A DNA stretch of 64,000 nucleotides from Alphaproteobacteria bacterium. GTDB lineage: Bacteria; Pseudomonadota; Alphaproteobacteria; SHVV01. The stretch covers positions 4,448,001-4,512,000 of the forward strand of contig OZ253470.1 of assembly GCA_965261735.1 (NCBI GenBank), read 5' to 3'. Of the stretch, positions 63,592 to 64,000 are shown piece by piece (the stretch's first letter is position 1; each line of letters starts with the position of its first letter). Under the pieces are notes generated by a model that had not been told where the DNA came from, ran no database searches, and saw only the letters and a program-made list of their open reading frames with translations. Made by a program: the position numbers and the translations under genes.

Positions 63592-64000
63592 TTATTGGAG
63601 TACGGACATTCCGCCGTCGATCGTGAGGATGCTACCGTTCACGTAGGAGGCCGCGTCCGAGGCGAGGAACACCGCGATTCCGGCGATCTCGCTGGGGTCG
63701 CCCCAACGCCCGAGCGGCGTGTGCTCGCTCACCTTGTCGTAGAACGGCCGTACCGGCTCGGGCGGCGGCTCGCCCTCCGTCAAGGCGCCGCCCAACTCGG
63801 TGTGAAAATAACCGGGTGCGATGCAGTTACAGGTCACGCCCTGGGGCCCGAGTTCGACCGCGAGCGCCCGCGTGAGGCCGGTCAGGCCGGCCTTGGCCGC
63901 GGCGTAGGCCGGCATGGTCGGCAGCGCGATCGCAGGTCCGGCAACCGAAGAGATATTGATGATGGTGCCCCTTCCCTGGGCCACCATCTGGCGCCCGCTC
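63592..64000 (-). CDS. SDR-family oxidoreductase (partial; runs off the window)
   Basis: IINISS, YAAAK, NCIAPG, PLGRWG, IDGG. Confidence 0.92.
   Translation of the reverse strand, partial: SGRQMVAQGRGTIINISSVAGPAIALPTMPAYAAAKAGLTGLTRALAVELGPQGVTCNCIAPGYFHTELGGALTEGEPPPEPVRPFYDKVSEHTPLGRWGDPSEIAGIAVFLASDAASYVNGSILTIDGGMSVLQ

Overview
GC-rich, probably alphaproteobacterial accessory DNA (decaying plasmid or genomic island, or a partly mis-assembled contig). It is dominated by more than 25 whole, nested or truncated insertion sequences (IS1595, IS256, IS6, IS110/IS1111, IS21, IS1380, IS1182, IS66, ISKra4, IS3). Between them lie isolated cargo genes: a Cache-HAMP adenylate cyclase plus an output-less Cache sensor, a P450, an S9 peptidase, a SagB-like oxidase, ZnuA, an OmpA-like protein, solute-binding proteins, a TPP enzyme and a ParB-like protein. 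Several defence genes are broken (AbiE toxin, WYL/CapW stub, Dsr1 sirtuin split by IS3 with a nested IS21). The most structured signal is a ~3-kb DUF3489-DUF2924-large serine recombinase unit (46928-49899). It is bounded by TGGCGGAG direct repeats and carries tRNA-3'-end-like sequence at both ends. It appears to sit inside a conserved non-coding site whose uninterrupted form follows a second recombinase at 6465-6782, and both sites carry AACAGGGA repeats with ~21-bp phasing. Two IS1111-type elements have downstream non-coding regions whose loop segments match their own target and donor junctions (bridge/seek RNA). No CRISPR array, rRNA or intact tRNA was seen. All family assignments come from motif recognition by eye, not database searches.
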